DNA from: Candidatus Thalassarchaeaceae archaeon
Lineage (GTDB): Archaea; Thermoplasmatota; Poseidoniia; Poseidoniales; Thalassarchaeaceae
Direction: 5' to 3'
Assembly: GCA_943841885.1 (NCBI GenBank)
Contig: CALSZZ010000001.1
Coordinates: forward strand, 265,156-329,155
Length of the DNA stretch: 64,000 bases
Shown here: positions 1-9,833 of the stretch, piece by piece
Layout: each line of letters starts with the position of its first letter
Numbering within the stretch: the first letter of the stretch is position 1
Position numbers and translations under genes: made by a program
Notes under the pieces: generated by a model
The model's input: the letters and a program-made list of their open reading frames with translations, nothing else
Database searches by the model: none
What the model was told of the DNA's origin: nothing

Positions 1-177
1 GTCTCGGAAGAACCAGAGTATTTCAGTTAAACCGTATAATATGAAAACGCCCCACCACATCCACTCATATGGCCCAATCCACATAATACCACAGAATATA
101 GTGACAAAAAAATGTAGTAAATAGAAAATATCAGCGATTCTGTTATTTATCCATTTTACTTCTAATGAAGTTTCCAA
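1..177 (-). CDS. partial hypothetical membrane protein (runs off window start)
   Basis: Frame is open from the window edge up to TTG at 175-177, just downstream of trxB on the same strand. Translation ...IADIFYLLHFFVTIFCGIMWIGPYEWMWWGVFILYGLTEILWFFRD looks like TM helices. No family recognised. Confidence 0.2.
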   Translation of the reverse strand, partial: METSLEVKWINNRIADIFYLLHFFVTIFCGIMWIGPYEWMWWGVFILYGLTEILWFFRD

Positions 178-186
178 TATATCACC

Positions 187-1116
187 TTAATGTTGGTCTT
201 CTAGCCATTTTTCTGCATCCATCGCTGCTTGACAACCCATACCGGCAGCAGTTATTGCTTGCCGATATCTAGTATCAACAACATCTCCTGCTGCGAATAT
301 ACCAGGAATGTTTGTCATAGTATATTTACTGGGAACTATATATCCAGATTCATCAGTTTTAATTTGATCTTCTAAGAAATTTGTTATTGGTTTGTGCCCT
401 ATGGCAATAAATGCTCCCGTACAAGAAATTTGTTCTTCGGTATCGTCCCTTGAATCTTGAAGTACTGCACCCACAAGACCTTTATCGTCGGATAGCCATT
501 TCTTGATATTTTTAAAAGTCTTAATCTCAATCTTTGGATGGTTTGCTGCCCTCTCGTACATTACCTTTGATGCCTTGAAAACATCTCTTCTATGAATAAT
601 TGTAACTTTATTAGCGAACCTTGTTAAGAAAGTTGCCTCTTCCATTGCAGAATCTCCTCCCCCAATTACAATTACTTCTTCATCACGAAAAAATGCACCA
701 TCGCAAGTAGCGCAAGTACTTATTCCCCTTCCTTTTTGTTCTTGTTCTCCCTCTGCGCCCAGCCATGTAGATTCAGCCCCAGTACAAATTATTACTGATT
801 TTGACAAGAATAAATCTCCTTCTACCCAAACTTTGAAAGGGCGTTTAGAAAAATCCACACGATCGACATTTTTATCATGTACTTCTAAACCAAATCTCTC
901 TGACTGTTCACGTAATTGTAACATCATTTCTGGGCCTCCAATTCCTTCTGGGTAGCCAGGAAAGTTCTCAATATCGGAAGTAAGCATTAACTGGCCGCCA
1001 GACATATAGCCAGCAAACATCAATGGCTCAAGTAACGCTCTAGCAGAATATAGCCCCGCAGTATATCCTGCAGGCCCAGAGCCTATGATAATCACGTTAC
1101 GCACTACATCGGTCAT
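187..1116 (-). CDS. trxB: thioredoxin-disulfide reductase
   Basis: FAD motif IIGSGPAGYTAG, redox-active CATCDG, NADPH motif GGGDSAMEEA. Start moved to ATG 1116, which has GGAGGG 3 nt upstream; the track ORF extends to 1149. Confidence 0.9.
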   Translation of the reverse strand: MTDVVRNVIIIGSGPAGYTAGLYSARALLEPLMFAGYMSGGQLMLTSDIENFPGYPEGIGGPEMMLQLREQSERFGLEVHDKNVDRVDFSKRPFKVWVEGDLFLSKSVIICTGAESTWLGAEGEQEQKGRGISTCATCDGAFFRDEEVIVIGGGDSAMEEATFLTRFANKVTIIHRRDVFKASKVMYERAANHPKIEIKTFKNIKKWLSDDKGLVGAVLQDSRDDTEEQISCTGAFIAIGHKPITNFLEDQIKTDESGYIVPSKYTMTNIPGIFAAGDVVDTRYRQAITAAGMGCQAAMDAEKWLEDQH

Positions 1117-1162
1117 ATACCCTCCAATATGGGATGTGTTTTTGAACATTAACTTGTAGACA

Positions 1163-1570
1163 TTATTTTAACATTTTAGCTACGGCTTTTACTGCGGCTA
1201 TTGAATGGGGCTTTATTCTTGGAGCGATATGTTCTTTTTTGGCACCAGGACCTATTATTCCAAGACCTATTGGAATATTATATTTTAGTTGTAAATTAAT
1301 TATTGCACTTATGACAGCTTGGCCTATGACTACGCCATGTTGTGTCTCTCCCTCTTCTATAATTCCAAGAGTTACTATACCTTTCAGATTATTCTTTTTT
1401 AGAATCCTATTTACAGTCAGTGGAATTTCCATAACTCCTGGAACCCATTCTATTACTTCCAATTCAAGACCATTGGAAATTAATTCTTCAGAAGCATGAT
1501 GTAACATCATGTCCATTTCTTCTTTATGAAATGATGTACATATTATACCTACTTTCATGATATCACTCAC
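1163..1570 (-). CDS. ribH: 6,7-dimethyl-8-ribityllumazine synthase (archaeal short form)
   Basis: 135 aa. VPGVMEIPL, GIIEEGETQHG and GLGIIGPG follow the lumazine synthase pattern. Overlaps ribE by 8 nt within a riboflavin cluster. Confidence 0.8.
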   Translation of the reverse strand: MSDIMKVGIICTSFHKEEMDMMLHHASEELISNGLELEVIEWVPGVMEIPLTVNRILKKNNLKGIVTLGIIEEGETQHGVVIGQAVISAIINLQLKYNIPIGLGIIGPGAKKEHIAPRIKPHSIAAVKAVAKMLK

Positions 1571-2180
1571 TTATTTTTAATTGTTCTTTCATCATTGAGG
1601 ATACTGTTGTTACAATTGCTTGAGTCATCGAGTCTATTTCTATATTCACCATACTGCCCTCAGTTTTGGAATTAATTGTAGTTCGGCCAATAGTTTCTGG
1701 AATTAAATGTAAGTTGAAAGAATTGGAATTAACTGCTCCTATGGTTAAGCTTATTCCATCAATGGCAATATATCCTTTTTCCATGATAAATGGCTTCAAC
1801 TTTTCATTTAAAGATATTTCAACATCTACTCCTTCTCCATTATTTTTTTTAGATATTACAGATGATGTACACATTATATGTCCCGAAAGAAGATGCCCTC
1901 CCAATTCATCACCTACTTTGAGCGCGCGTTCTAAATTGACCAATCCTCCTTCTTTGACATTTCCAAGTGTTGTGCGTGAGAGAGTTTCTTGGATTACGTC
2001 AAAATAAACTAATGTGTTTTCTTGACTTGTAACTGTCAAGCAGACACCGTCTATTGATACACTTGAACCTAAAGTTAAATTTTTACTTAAATTATCTAGA
2101 TCTATAGAAAAAGTTGAAGATGATATTTTTCGGTCGATGGAGACGATAGTTCCAGTGCCTTGTATGATTCCTGTGAACAT
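1563..2180 (-). CDS. ribE: riboflavin synthase, two-barrel (bacterial/eukaryal) type
   Basis: Canonical N-terminus MFTGIIQGTGTI. The second internal repeat starts at GGHLLSGHI. About 205 aa. Confidence 0.85.
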   Translation of the reverse strand: MFTGIIQGTGTIVSIDRKISSSTFSIDLDNLSKNLTLGSSVSIDGVCLTVTSQENTLVYFDVIQETLSRTTLGNVKEGGLVNLERALKVGDELGGHLLSGHIMCTSSVISKKNNGEGVDVEISLNEKLKPFIMEKGYIAIDGISLTIGAVNSNSFNLHLIPETIGRTTINSKTEGSMVNIEIDSMTQAIVTTVSSMMKEQLKISE

Positions 2181-2642
2181 CTAATCTTCCTCATATGGTC
2201 CGCCTTTTTTACTAGGCCAGATATCTAATATCTTTGCAATAATTTTCCTAGTACCATCTAAATCATCAGAAAGTCCTTCCACCCTAACAACCTCGATATG
2301 CCCAAAACCATGCTCAATTAGTCCTTTCTTTATTGAATCGATTGAATGTTTTTGATCATATCCTAGTGCGATTTTACTTGGCATTACTTTTTCCAATATT
2401 TCAAAGATAGATATTTCAGGAGGATTACCTATTATTGATTCATCAACGGGTTTTAGGCCACCTACCATTCTTCTACGTAAATTATGATTCGTTATAGGCT
2501 CATGTTTACGCTTTCTCACAGTTTCATCATGAGCAACTACAACAATTAATTTATCACCCAACGATTTAGCTTGCTCCAAGTAATGTAAATGACCGGCATG
2601 AAGGAGGTCGAAAACTCCTACTGCCATAACTACGGTAGACAT
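2181..2642 (-). CDS. ribL: FAD synthase, archaeal RibL-type nucleotidyltransferase
   Basis: GVFDLLHAGHLHYLEQAKSLGDKLIVVV cytidylyltransferase-fold motif, about 150 aa, inside the rib cluster. Start moved to the internal ATG at 2642. Confidence 0.7.
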   Translation of the reverse strand: MSTVVMAVGVFDLLHAGHLHYLEQAKSLGDKLIVVVAHDETVRKRKHEPITNHNLRRRMVGGLKPVDESIIGNPPEISIFEILEKVMPSKIALGYDQKHSIDSIKKGLIEHGFGHIEVVRVEGLSDDLDGTRKIIAKILDIWPSKKGGPYEED

Positions 2643-2673
2643 GTAATAAACCCTCCAGTACAACTCATATTTG

Positions 2674-3384
2674 TTAATATATCCCGGATGCGCTCAAAAT
2701 ATCTTCACCGGTTAACATTGGTATTCCATTCTCAATAGAATACTTTCTAGCATCTTCAACTGTTAGCGCACCATCTCCGTCGGGCTGTAACATTTCTGCA
2801 CCAATAGTACAGGCTGGAAGGCCTGCTAGTCGTGCTATTGCAACTGCTAGTTCTGTATGTCCTTGGCGTACTTTAAGTCCCCCTGGCGATTCACGGCATA
2901 ATGGAATATGACCAGGAGTTCTGAACTCTTTACCTAATGCTTTACGAGCATATGATTTATCTGATTTGTTAAAAAATAATTCATCTGTTAACTCTCCAAA
3001 TCTACGCGTAGTCAAAGCTCTATCTTTATCTGTTATTCCCGTGAATGTGTCTCTATGATTTAGTGATAGTGTGAATGCGGATTTTGAGTCATATTTCAGA
3101 TCATCAGTAATTAATTCAGACAGTACCGGATTTTCTTCTACCAATTTAGGATGAGAATGAATATCTTGTAACCAGGGTAATCCGAATAATTCTCCTACTT
3201 CATTTCCTATTGCCAAGAAGAGTAAACCCCCACAATCTTTTCTCAATCTCCTCATTATTCCTGGTGTGGCTGCTGATGCAGGCCATAGTAAGTCGGTTTC
3301 TTGCTCCCTAAATGAAGAGTCGAAAATCATCACTGGCTTACCACTCGAAAACGCCTCAACCGCGGCTTCCACATCAGACACCAT
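2674..3384 (-). CDS. ribB: 3,4-dihydroxy-2-butanone 4-phosphate synthase
   Basis: REQETDL and RQGHTELAVAIARLAG motifs, about 236 aa, riboflavin cluster context. Confidence 0.8.
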   Translation of the reverse strand: MVSDVEAAVEAFSSGKPVMIFDSSFREQETDLLWPASAATPGIMRRLRKDCGGLLFLAIGNEVGELFGLPWLQDIHSHPKLVEENPVLSELITDDLKYDSKSAFTLSLNHRDTFTGITDKDRALTTRRFGELTDELFFNKSDKSYARKALGKEFRTPGHIPLCRESPGGLKVRQGHTELAVAIARLAGLPACTIGAEMLQPDGDGALTVEDARKYSIENGIPMLTGEDILSASGIY

Positions 3385-3459
3385 GAGGGTCGGAGGGAGT
3401 ACTCATACCCATTCTTTTCGGTCGGAAAGTATCAATTTAGAATACCGCTAGCATACCCT

Positions 3460-4335
3460 ATGGTAAAGCGCATAGAGGTCAGAGTCCCTGTCAGAGTAGA
3501 TTTAGCAGGAGGTTGGACTGATGTGCAGCCATTTGCATCTGAATTTGGAGGAGAAGTAGTAAATTTTACTATTGATAAATATATCAAATTCTCAATGGAA
3601 AAGGATGAGCAAGGAAAGAAAAAAGTGGAATACAGAAGTGATGTCCCAACAGGATCAGGATTGGGTACGAGTGGAGCCATGAATGTTGGATTAATAGCCA
3701 CAATAGCTGGAAAAAATAAGACCCCAGAAGATATTGCAGAATTAGCATTCAAATTTGAAGAATTATTGGAAAATAAAGGAGGGAGGCAGGATCAGTGGGC
3801 ATCTGCCAAAGGCGGATTTAATCATTTACTTTTCATTGGAGATCAAGTAGAGCCATTACCATTTGAGCCAATGCGATCTTCAAAAAATTGGTTACATAAA
3901 CATTTCATAATTTTATATTCTGGAATTGAACATAATTCTGGCGCGTTACATGAAGAGGTTTGGAAAAAATATAACGATGGCGATGAGTCGGTTTTAGAGG
4001 GACTACATACAATTAGAAAGGCGGCTAGAATGATGGCAAATGGATTACAACAAGATAGGAGAGAAATCGTTGTAGAGTCACTTAGAGAGGTTTGTAAAGG
4101 AGTAGATATGTTAGATTTGAGAATTCATGCTCCATTTCATTCAAAACTCAAACCGTTAATAGACAGTAAGAAAATTATGGGTTGGAAGGCATTAGGTGCC
4201 GGTGGCGGTGGGTCTGTGGGTTTACTTTGTGCACCTAATAGTAAAGAAATGGTCATTAAAGAATTAGAGAGATTCGGATGGGTAAATATCAATTGGAATT
4301 ATGATGATTTAGGGATTGTAATTGACGAAAAATAG
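3460..4335 (+). CDS. GHMP-family kinase (fucokinase/HddA-like sugar kinase group)
   Basis: N-terminal RVPVRVDLAGGWTDV, GHMP motif II PTGSGLGTSGA, C-terminal GAGGGGS. Substrate cannot be called. Confidence 0.6.
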   Translation: MVKRIEVRVPVRVDLAGGWTDVQPFASEFGGEVVNFTIDKYIKFSMEKDEQGKKKVEYRSDVPTGSGLGTSGAMNVGLIATIAGKNKTPEDIAELAFKFEELLENKGGRQDQWASAKGGFNHLLFIGDQVEPLPFEPMRSSKNWLHKHFIILYSGIEHNSGALHEEVWKKYNDGDESVLEGLHTIRKAARMMANGLQQDRREIVVESLREVCKGVDMLDLRIHAPFHSKLKPLIDSKKIMGWKALGAGGGGSVGLLCAPNSKEMVIKELERFGWVNINWNYDDLGIVIDEK

Positions 4336-4428
4336 AAAGAAAATAAAACGAATTTGAAAGTATGATAAATGTCAATTAATGATTTTTTTGTGCCAAATAT
4401 CAAACGTTAGATTACTTTCGTCTCCTAC

Positions 4429-7400
4429 ATGGTTGGGCGGAGGGCACTATTGGCTAGTTCTCTTATCATGATTTTCATTTTACCATTGGCAACTTCTGCC
4501 ATACTGCCATCTGATAACTCCAGAGGAGGTTTGGATGCCAAAGGAGTATGGACCGAGAGAGTAGAATCTGGAATCCATAATGAATGGTGGTTGGATTGGA
4601 GTAGAGATAAGAATTCAAACAGTATAGACGACAGGATAGAATGGTTACTACAACAGCCCTCTGAAATTCAAAATGAATGGTGGAAAAGAGCCCCCGAAGG
4701 AAGTTCTAGAATATTTGTTAACTTTGATCATCACCCAACTGATGCTGATGTAATCGCAATTGAAGAGTTAGGCGGAGAAGTCACATTTAGGCCAAAACAT
4801 CTTGATAATTTGATAGTTACAATTCCAATAGAAGAAATTACTAGTCATTCAGGGATTTTAACATTACAAGGAGTAGTTATGATTGAAGATTTAGGTTTAG
4901 CAGAACCTAATATGCATGAAGCAGTTCCTAATATGGGCGTAAATAATGTTTGGAATGATTTAGGATTAGACGGTACAGGTTCAACTATTGCAATCTTAGA
5001 TACAGGAGTCAGGGGAGATCACGAAGGATTGAATGACATGGATGACGATCCATTAACTTGTGTAACTGAGCCTCCTAATCCTTTAGATCCTAATCCTCAA
5101 CCAATATCTGATTGTGATCCGAAAATAGTAGCTTTTTATGATGCGGTTTTTACAGATGAAGAGCAAGACCCTTCTACATCTTATGATTCGGGCACACATG
5201 GTAGTCATGTTGCTGGAATTGCTGCAGGAACTGGGGGCGGACAAAGTGATACAGCAACTGGATTAAGATATGTTGGGGCGGCCCCTGGCGCATTTCTTGT
5301 CACGATACTTGCATGTTGTGATGGGGACATAGAAGATATAATCCAAGGCGCACAATGGGCAATGGAAAATAAGGAAAAGCATAGTATAGATATACTTACT
5401 TCGTCCCTTGGAGAACAGCAAATAGAAAATCATATTGATAACGATGGGAGTTCATCATGGAGTAGACAAATGGACTATGTAGTTGAAGCGGGAATTATAA
5501 CTACTTTATCTGCTGGAAATGAGTTCGGCGGAGCGACTTTTGCGGGTTGTAATACCATTGACAGTCCTGGAGATGCAGAACTTCCAGTGACTGTTGGTAG
5601 TTTGGATAAGAACTTGGGATTGGCAATATATAGTAGTAGAGGATATACCTCTGATTTGAGAGTAAAACCTGATGTGGCAGTAATAGGGTCCAGTATAATG
5701 GCACCTGATGCGGCAACTAGTGACGGTTATACTAGTAAATCAGGAACGAGTATGGCAACTCCTTTGATGGCGGGAATAGCGGCATTGATGATACAGGCTA
5801 ACCCTGATTTAACTCCTGAAGAATTTAAAGATATTATCAGAGTAGATTCGATAGAAAGAGAAATAGTATTACTTGATGACCCGGGCTTTAATGATTGTAG
5901 TTTATTAGAAACTAGACCTGATAACGAATTTGGATATGGCCAGGCCGATCCTGTAGCATTTGTGGAATCTGCAGGAAATATAGACCGCTCGCTTAATATT
6001 TCTATGAATATACAAACTCTACAAACCATACACAATGAGAGTTATATTTCTGGAACATCTTCTGGAGCAATTTCAGGCCAAGGAGGAGAAGTACAGGTAA
6101 GAGTAGGAAGTGGCGAATGGAATGGAGCTGCAGACGTAGGAGGAAACGGAGATTGGTCGGAATGGCGAGTGAAACTTCTCCCTCATGAAGAATCAGGAAA
6201 TTCTACAATTTATGCTAGGTTGGTAATCTCAGAAGACAGGATTTCAACTGTTGATGCAAAACGTGTTTTGCTTGTCGATCAAGTTGCTTCAAATATGGGC
6301 GATGATGGCGATTTAATATCAATAGGGTCGTATATATTCTTCATTCCATTCTTCATTGCATTAGCAATTTTGGCCTATGCTGCAATAAGTGAAAGATGGA
6401 TAGATAAACTAGAGAAAAAGGGTGAAATATCTCAAAAAGAAAGTTTTGATATCAACAAATATGATCCGAGAAGATTTCCGCAAGTAATCAGAAACATAGT
6501 TAAGGAGTGGAATAATGGTGCATCATTAATAGAAAATCAATTTAGAAGATTGGTATCTTTATGTGTCCTGTATTTAGCGCAAGGATTACCTGCCGGATTT
6601 ACTTATGTTGCATTTGTAGCATACTTATCTGATAACGGAACTCCTCCGGAAGAAATAGCGATTCTCTTTGCTACAATCGCACTTCCATGGACTTTCAAAT
6701 TCGTATGGGGTCCAGTGATTGATTTACTAGTAATTCCAGAATATGGTAGAAGGAGGCCATGGATCTTATTTGCTCAATCAGGGATGGTGATTTCTCTTGC
6801 AACTATTCTCTTCGTACCTAATATTATAGATAAAATAGCATTAGTCACGATTTTGTTATTCATTCATAATCTATTCTCCTCATTGCAGGATGTGAGTGTA
6901 GATGCTTTGGCTGTTGATGTATTACAGCCCGATGAAGTAGCCAAGGCTAATGGAATGATGTTTGCAACAAAGAGAGGAGGGATAATACTTGGAGGGGCGG
7001 TTTTAGGCATGCTAGTTCCAATGTTTGGTATTAAATTTGTAATAATGATACAAATTCCATTACTAATTTTGATTATGCTATTACCACTATTTTTACGTGA
7101 GAAACCTGAAAATAAGTTATTTCCATGGGATAATTCAAGAGTCGAGAATGATAGTGTCGACGAAGTATTGACTGATTCCAAAGAAGATTTAAATTTAGCA
7201 TGGGAAGAAAATGAAGATTCTAAATTCAGAAGTGCTCGTTGGACTGCAAATAATATATACGAAAATAAAATTAGTATTTCTGCTGCATTATTATGGATTG
7301 GATTAGTGACCTGGATTTTTGGTAGTGGAATAGATATTATTTACCTAATTAGTGAGCCACTTATTGAAGGCATCGTGAAAGAAATTTTTGTAAAATTATC

Positions 7401-8256
7401 CATTATTAGTACTCTTGGAATATATTTGATTATGGCATCTATCTTAATGATAGTTGTAGAAGGTTTCGGGGTTAAATTACCAGAAATTATGAGTCCGTTG
7501 GCATTTTCCCCGTCCAATGCAAAAGTAAATGTTGCCAATACAGCGTATTATATTGTACAAGGATTTTCTACTCGCTCATCATTCTTACTAATATTTTTGT
7601 GTTTACTTTCCGACTTGGCATTATTCGTAGACCCAATAATCGTTGATATTTTCATTAATGAAGCAGGATGGTCACAACAAAAATACAATGCAATACTTGG
7701 AGGAATAGTAGTTTTGTTCACGATGTTGGGGCAAATATTTGGAGGATTTTTGGGAGACAGATATGGAGTCAGAGAAATAGCAATGATTGGATTTACCCTT
7801 CTTGCTCTAGCGAATGCAGGACTAGCATTACTTAATGCATATTGGGAAGATACCACTATCATGACTATTTATTTGTGTATAAAGGCAATAATATACGGAA
7901 TTGCTTGGATATGTGTTATATCAGTATCTATGAGACTTACATATAGTAAAGCAGGAGGAACGCAATTTACTGCATACATGTCAATGTTCAATCTTTCTGC
8001 TGTGCTAGCATATCTCTTTGCCGGGAGGATGATTGCTACTTTTGATTACATAACAATGCTATACATTGGTGCTGCTCTAACCTTAATTTCCGTAATTTTC
8101 TTATTATTCATAGATCCGGATGAGACAGATAGGGTTCTTGAAGGTAGATTTGGAGATGATGATTCAGGAGGAGATTTAGGAGAAAATCTTTGGTTAGAAA
8201 ATGAAGACCCGAAAGATGCCATATTAGTTGGAGGGACAGAAAATGTCACAGCTTAA
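4429..8256 (+). CDS. fusion protein: secreted subtilisin-like S8 protease + TM anchor + AmpG/PAT-type MFS permease
   Basis: Single uninterrupted 1275-aa ORF. Signal-like N-terminus, S8 motifs AILDTGV (D191), SGTHGSHVAG (H257), SAGN (N363), SGTSMATP (S441). TM at aa ~631-653, then a multi-TM domain with LPWTFKFVWGPVID...GRRRPW. Confidence 0.75.
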   Translation: MVGRRALLASSLIMIFILPLATSAILPSDNSRGGLDAKGVWTERVESGIHNEWWLDWSRDKNSNSIDDRIEWLLQQPSEIQNEWWKRAPEGSSRIFVNFDHHPTDADVIAIEELGGEVTFRPKHLDNLIVTIPIEEITSHSGILTLQGVVMIEDLGLAEPNMHEAVPNMGVNNVWNDLGLDGTGSTIAILDTGVRGDHEGLNDMDDDPLTCVTEPPNPLDPNPQPISDCDPKIVAFYDAVFTDEEQDPSTSYDSGTHGSHVAGIAAGTGGGQSDTATGLRYVGAAPGAFLVTILACCDGDIEDIIQGAQWAMENKEKHSIDILTSSLGEQQIENHIDNDGSSSWSRQMDYVVEAGIITTLSAGNEFGGATFAGCNTIDSPGDAELPVTVGSLDKNLGLAIYSSRGYTSDLRVKPDVAVIGSSIMAPDAATSDGYTSKSGTSMATPLMAGIAALMIQANPDLTPEEFKDIIRVDSIEREIVLLDDPGFNDCSLLETRPDNEFGYGQADPVAFVESAGNIDRSLNISMNIQTLQTIHNESYISGTSSGAISGQGGEVQVRVGSGEWNGAADVGGNGDWSEWRVKLLPHEESGNSTIYARLVISEDRISTVDAKRVLLVDQVASNMGDDGDLISIGSYIFFIPFFIALAILAYAAISERWIDKLEKKGEISQKESFDINKYDPRRFPQVIRNIVKEWNNGASLIENQFRRLVSLCVLYLAQGLPAGFTYVAFVAYLSDNGTPPEEIAILFATIALPWTFKFVWGPVIDLLVIPEYGRRRPWILFAQSGMVISLATILFVPNIIDKIALVTILLFIHNLFSSLQDVSVDALAVDVLQPDEVAKANGMMFATKRGGIILGGAVLGMLVPMFGIKFVIMIQIPLLILIMLLPLFLREKPENKLFPWDNSRVENDSVDEVLTDSKEDLNLAWEENEDSKFRSARWTANNIYENKISISAALLWIGLVTWIFGSGIDIIYLISEPLIEGIVKEIFVKLSIISTLGIYLIMASILMIVVEGFGVKLPEIMSPLAFSPSNAKVNVANTAYYIVQGFSTRSSFLLIFLCLLSDLALFVDPIIVDIFINEAGWSQQKYNAILGGIVVLFTMLGQIFGGFLGDRYGVREIAMIGFTLLALANAGLALLNAYWEDTTIMTIYLCIKAIIYGIAWICVISVSMRLTYSKAGGTQFTAYMSMFNLSAVLAYLFAGRMIATFDYITMLYIGAALTLISVIFLLFIDPDETDRVLEGRFGDDDSGGDLGENLWLENEDPKDAILVGGTENVTA

Positions 8257-8512
8257 TGAGCATTTTAAAAAAAGTAAAACTGACTTTTTGATGTTCTCAC
8301 AAACTATCTGTGTTTATTGTTCAATGGCGAAAAGATACTTGAAAAGTAAAGGACTGAGTTATACAGAAATAAATTTGGATCACCATGATGGATTAAGAAG
8401 AGAATTGGTAATGGAAACTGGCCATAGGACTGTTCCAGTACTATTTGACCTTAGAGGAGATGAAATAGTATTTGTCGGCGGTTCTGATAATTTGATAGAA
8501 TACAAATTATGA
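8243..8512 (+). CDS. glutaredoxin/NrdH-like small redoxin
   Basis: CVYC active site, TVPVLF and GG motifs of the thioredoxin fold. ATG 8243 has GGAGGG 7 nt upstream and overlaps the end of the preceding ORF. Confidence 0.75.
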   Translation: MSQLNEHFKKSKTDFLMFSQTICVYCSMAKRYLKSKGLSYTEINLDHHDGLRRELVMETGHRTVPVLFDLRGDEIVFVGGSDNLIEYKL

Positions 8513-8552
8513 ATTTAGAATTACTTATTAGCCTCCAAAGATTGGCAAGTTT

Positions 8553-8759
8553 ATGAAATTTAATGCAGTTACCTTAGTGCTAATATTTTCGATATCTATT
8601 TTTGCAGGATGTATTGAAGGCGGCAGTAGTGCAGGAGATAGGGAAAAGATATCTTCACTAGAGTTGGAAATAAATTATATTTTACTGCTACAAATATTGA
8701 ACCTTATCCAACAGATGGAAGACAGATGTACTTTTATTGGGAAAATCCTGGTCCTGTAA
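8553..8759 (+). CDS. small putative lipoprotein (possibly frameshifted)
   Basis: Signal peptide plus lipobox SISIFAGC. The downstream part reads better in another frame (8642-8770). Confidence 0.3.
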   Translation: MKFNAVTLVLIFSISIFAGCIEGGSSAGDREKISSLELEINYILLLQILNLIQQMEDRCTFIGKILVL

Positions 8760-8843
8760 TTAATATTTGAAATAGGAAAATTTAGAAAAATAATTTATTT
8801 TACATCCCATCTATTTTATTACATCGTATAATTTGGTATTGAT

Positions 8844-9728
8844 ATGGACTCAGAACCTCCGGGGTTAAGAATTAAACCTCTGTTTGGAGATGGAGACGGA
8901 GATAAGATTCCAGATATTGAACTTATGGAAGTTAGGACGTTAGGCATTTTTGCAGTTTGGTGGGATAAAAGGTTTGAATGGGAAAGTCGTGCAAATTTTA
9001 TCTTGAAAACTTTATACAAAGTTAGAGAGGATTGTATTAAAAATTTAGGAATGAGTGACCCCAAAAATGTCAGATTGGGTTTTTATCTTAATGTCTACAT
9101 TCATGACTCTGATTTGTATTACTCAGGATCTACAAAAAAAGATGATTTATTCCCAGATAAGTGGTATGCCATGGTTAAAGATAACAGAATGGGTCTACCT
9201 TACATGACTTTACCGTGGCAAGACACAGATGGCGATCTGGTTAGACATGAAGGTTTTCATGTCTTTCAGAATGAATGGTATAGAAAAAGGACAAAACAAT
9301 GGCACGAGTTGGGTTGGTATATTGAAGCATCAGCTAGTTGGTATGCTGCCGATCGTGCAAATCAAAAAGAATCCGTCACTAGTTATGAGAGAGTTCATTT
9401 CATAACAGCAAATCCTCATTTAGCCATATGGCATACAGAACATAATAAGAAAATTGGCGATCCAAATGAAAAAGAGCTTAATCAACGTCAATATGCTTTG
9501 GAATGTTATTTGTTCTTTCTTTGTGAGGTATGTAATGTTCCAAAAAATATTATAACTGATATATTTAAAATAAAGGATAAAGTAAATCCTGCAGAATACC
9601 TGTTTAGAAAGATTGGAAGTCAAAATTTACGTGAATTTTTTACATACTGGGCTGCTTGTAACACGGATGATTTTAGTTATCTTTCCAACGTACAAAAAAA
9701 AATTTATAGATATACAAAGGTGGAATAG
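8844..9728 (+). CDS. putative HExxH zinc metallopeptidase (MA-clan-like)
   Basis: HEGFH followed about 22 aa later by WYIEASASWY, a candidate third ligand Glu. No signal peptide. Family not identified. Confidence 0.4.
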   Translation: MDSEPPGLRIKPLFGDGDGDKIPDIELMEVRTLGIFAVWWDKRFEWESRANFILKTLYKVREDCIKNLGMSDPKNVRLGFYLNVYIHDSDLYYSGSTKKDDLFPDKWYAMVKDNRMGLPYMTLPWQDTDGDLVRHEGFHVFQNEWYRKRTKQWHELGWYIEASASWYAADRANQKESVTSYERVHFITANPHLAIWHTEHNKKIGDPNEKELNQRQYALECYLFFLCEVCNVPKNIITDIFKIKDKVNPAEYLFRKIGSQNLREFFTYWAACNTDDFSYLSNVQKKIYRYTKVE

Positions 9729-9833
9729 TAAAAAAATCTGTGTTAAATCAATTGGTTCTTTAGATGGAGTTCAAGGAATTTAAAAATAGGAGATTCAAAC
9801 GAGAATATTATTTTCCATCCAACGGAGAAATTA

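Noticed and set aside
3432-3752. 106-aa minus-strand ORF overlapping the GHMP kinase start
   Set aside because: It is an antisense shadow of a motif-bearing plus-strand gene, and nothing supports its own start.
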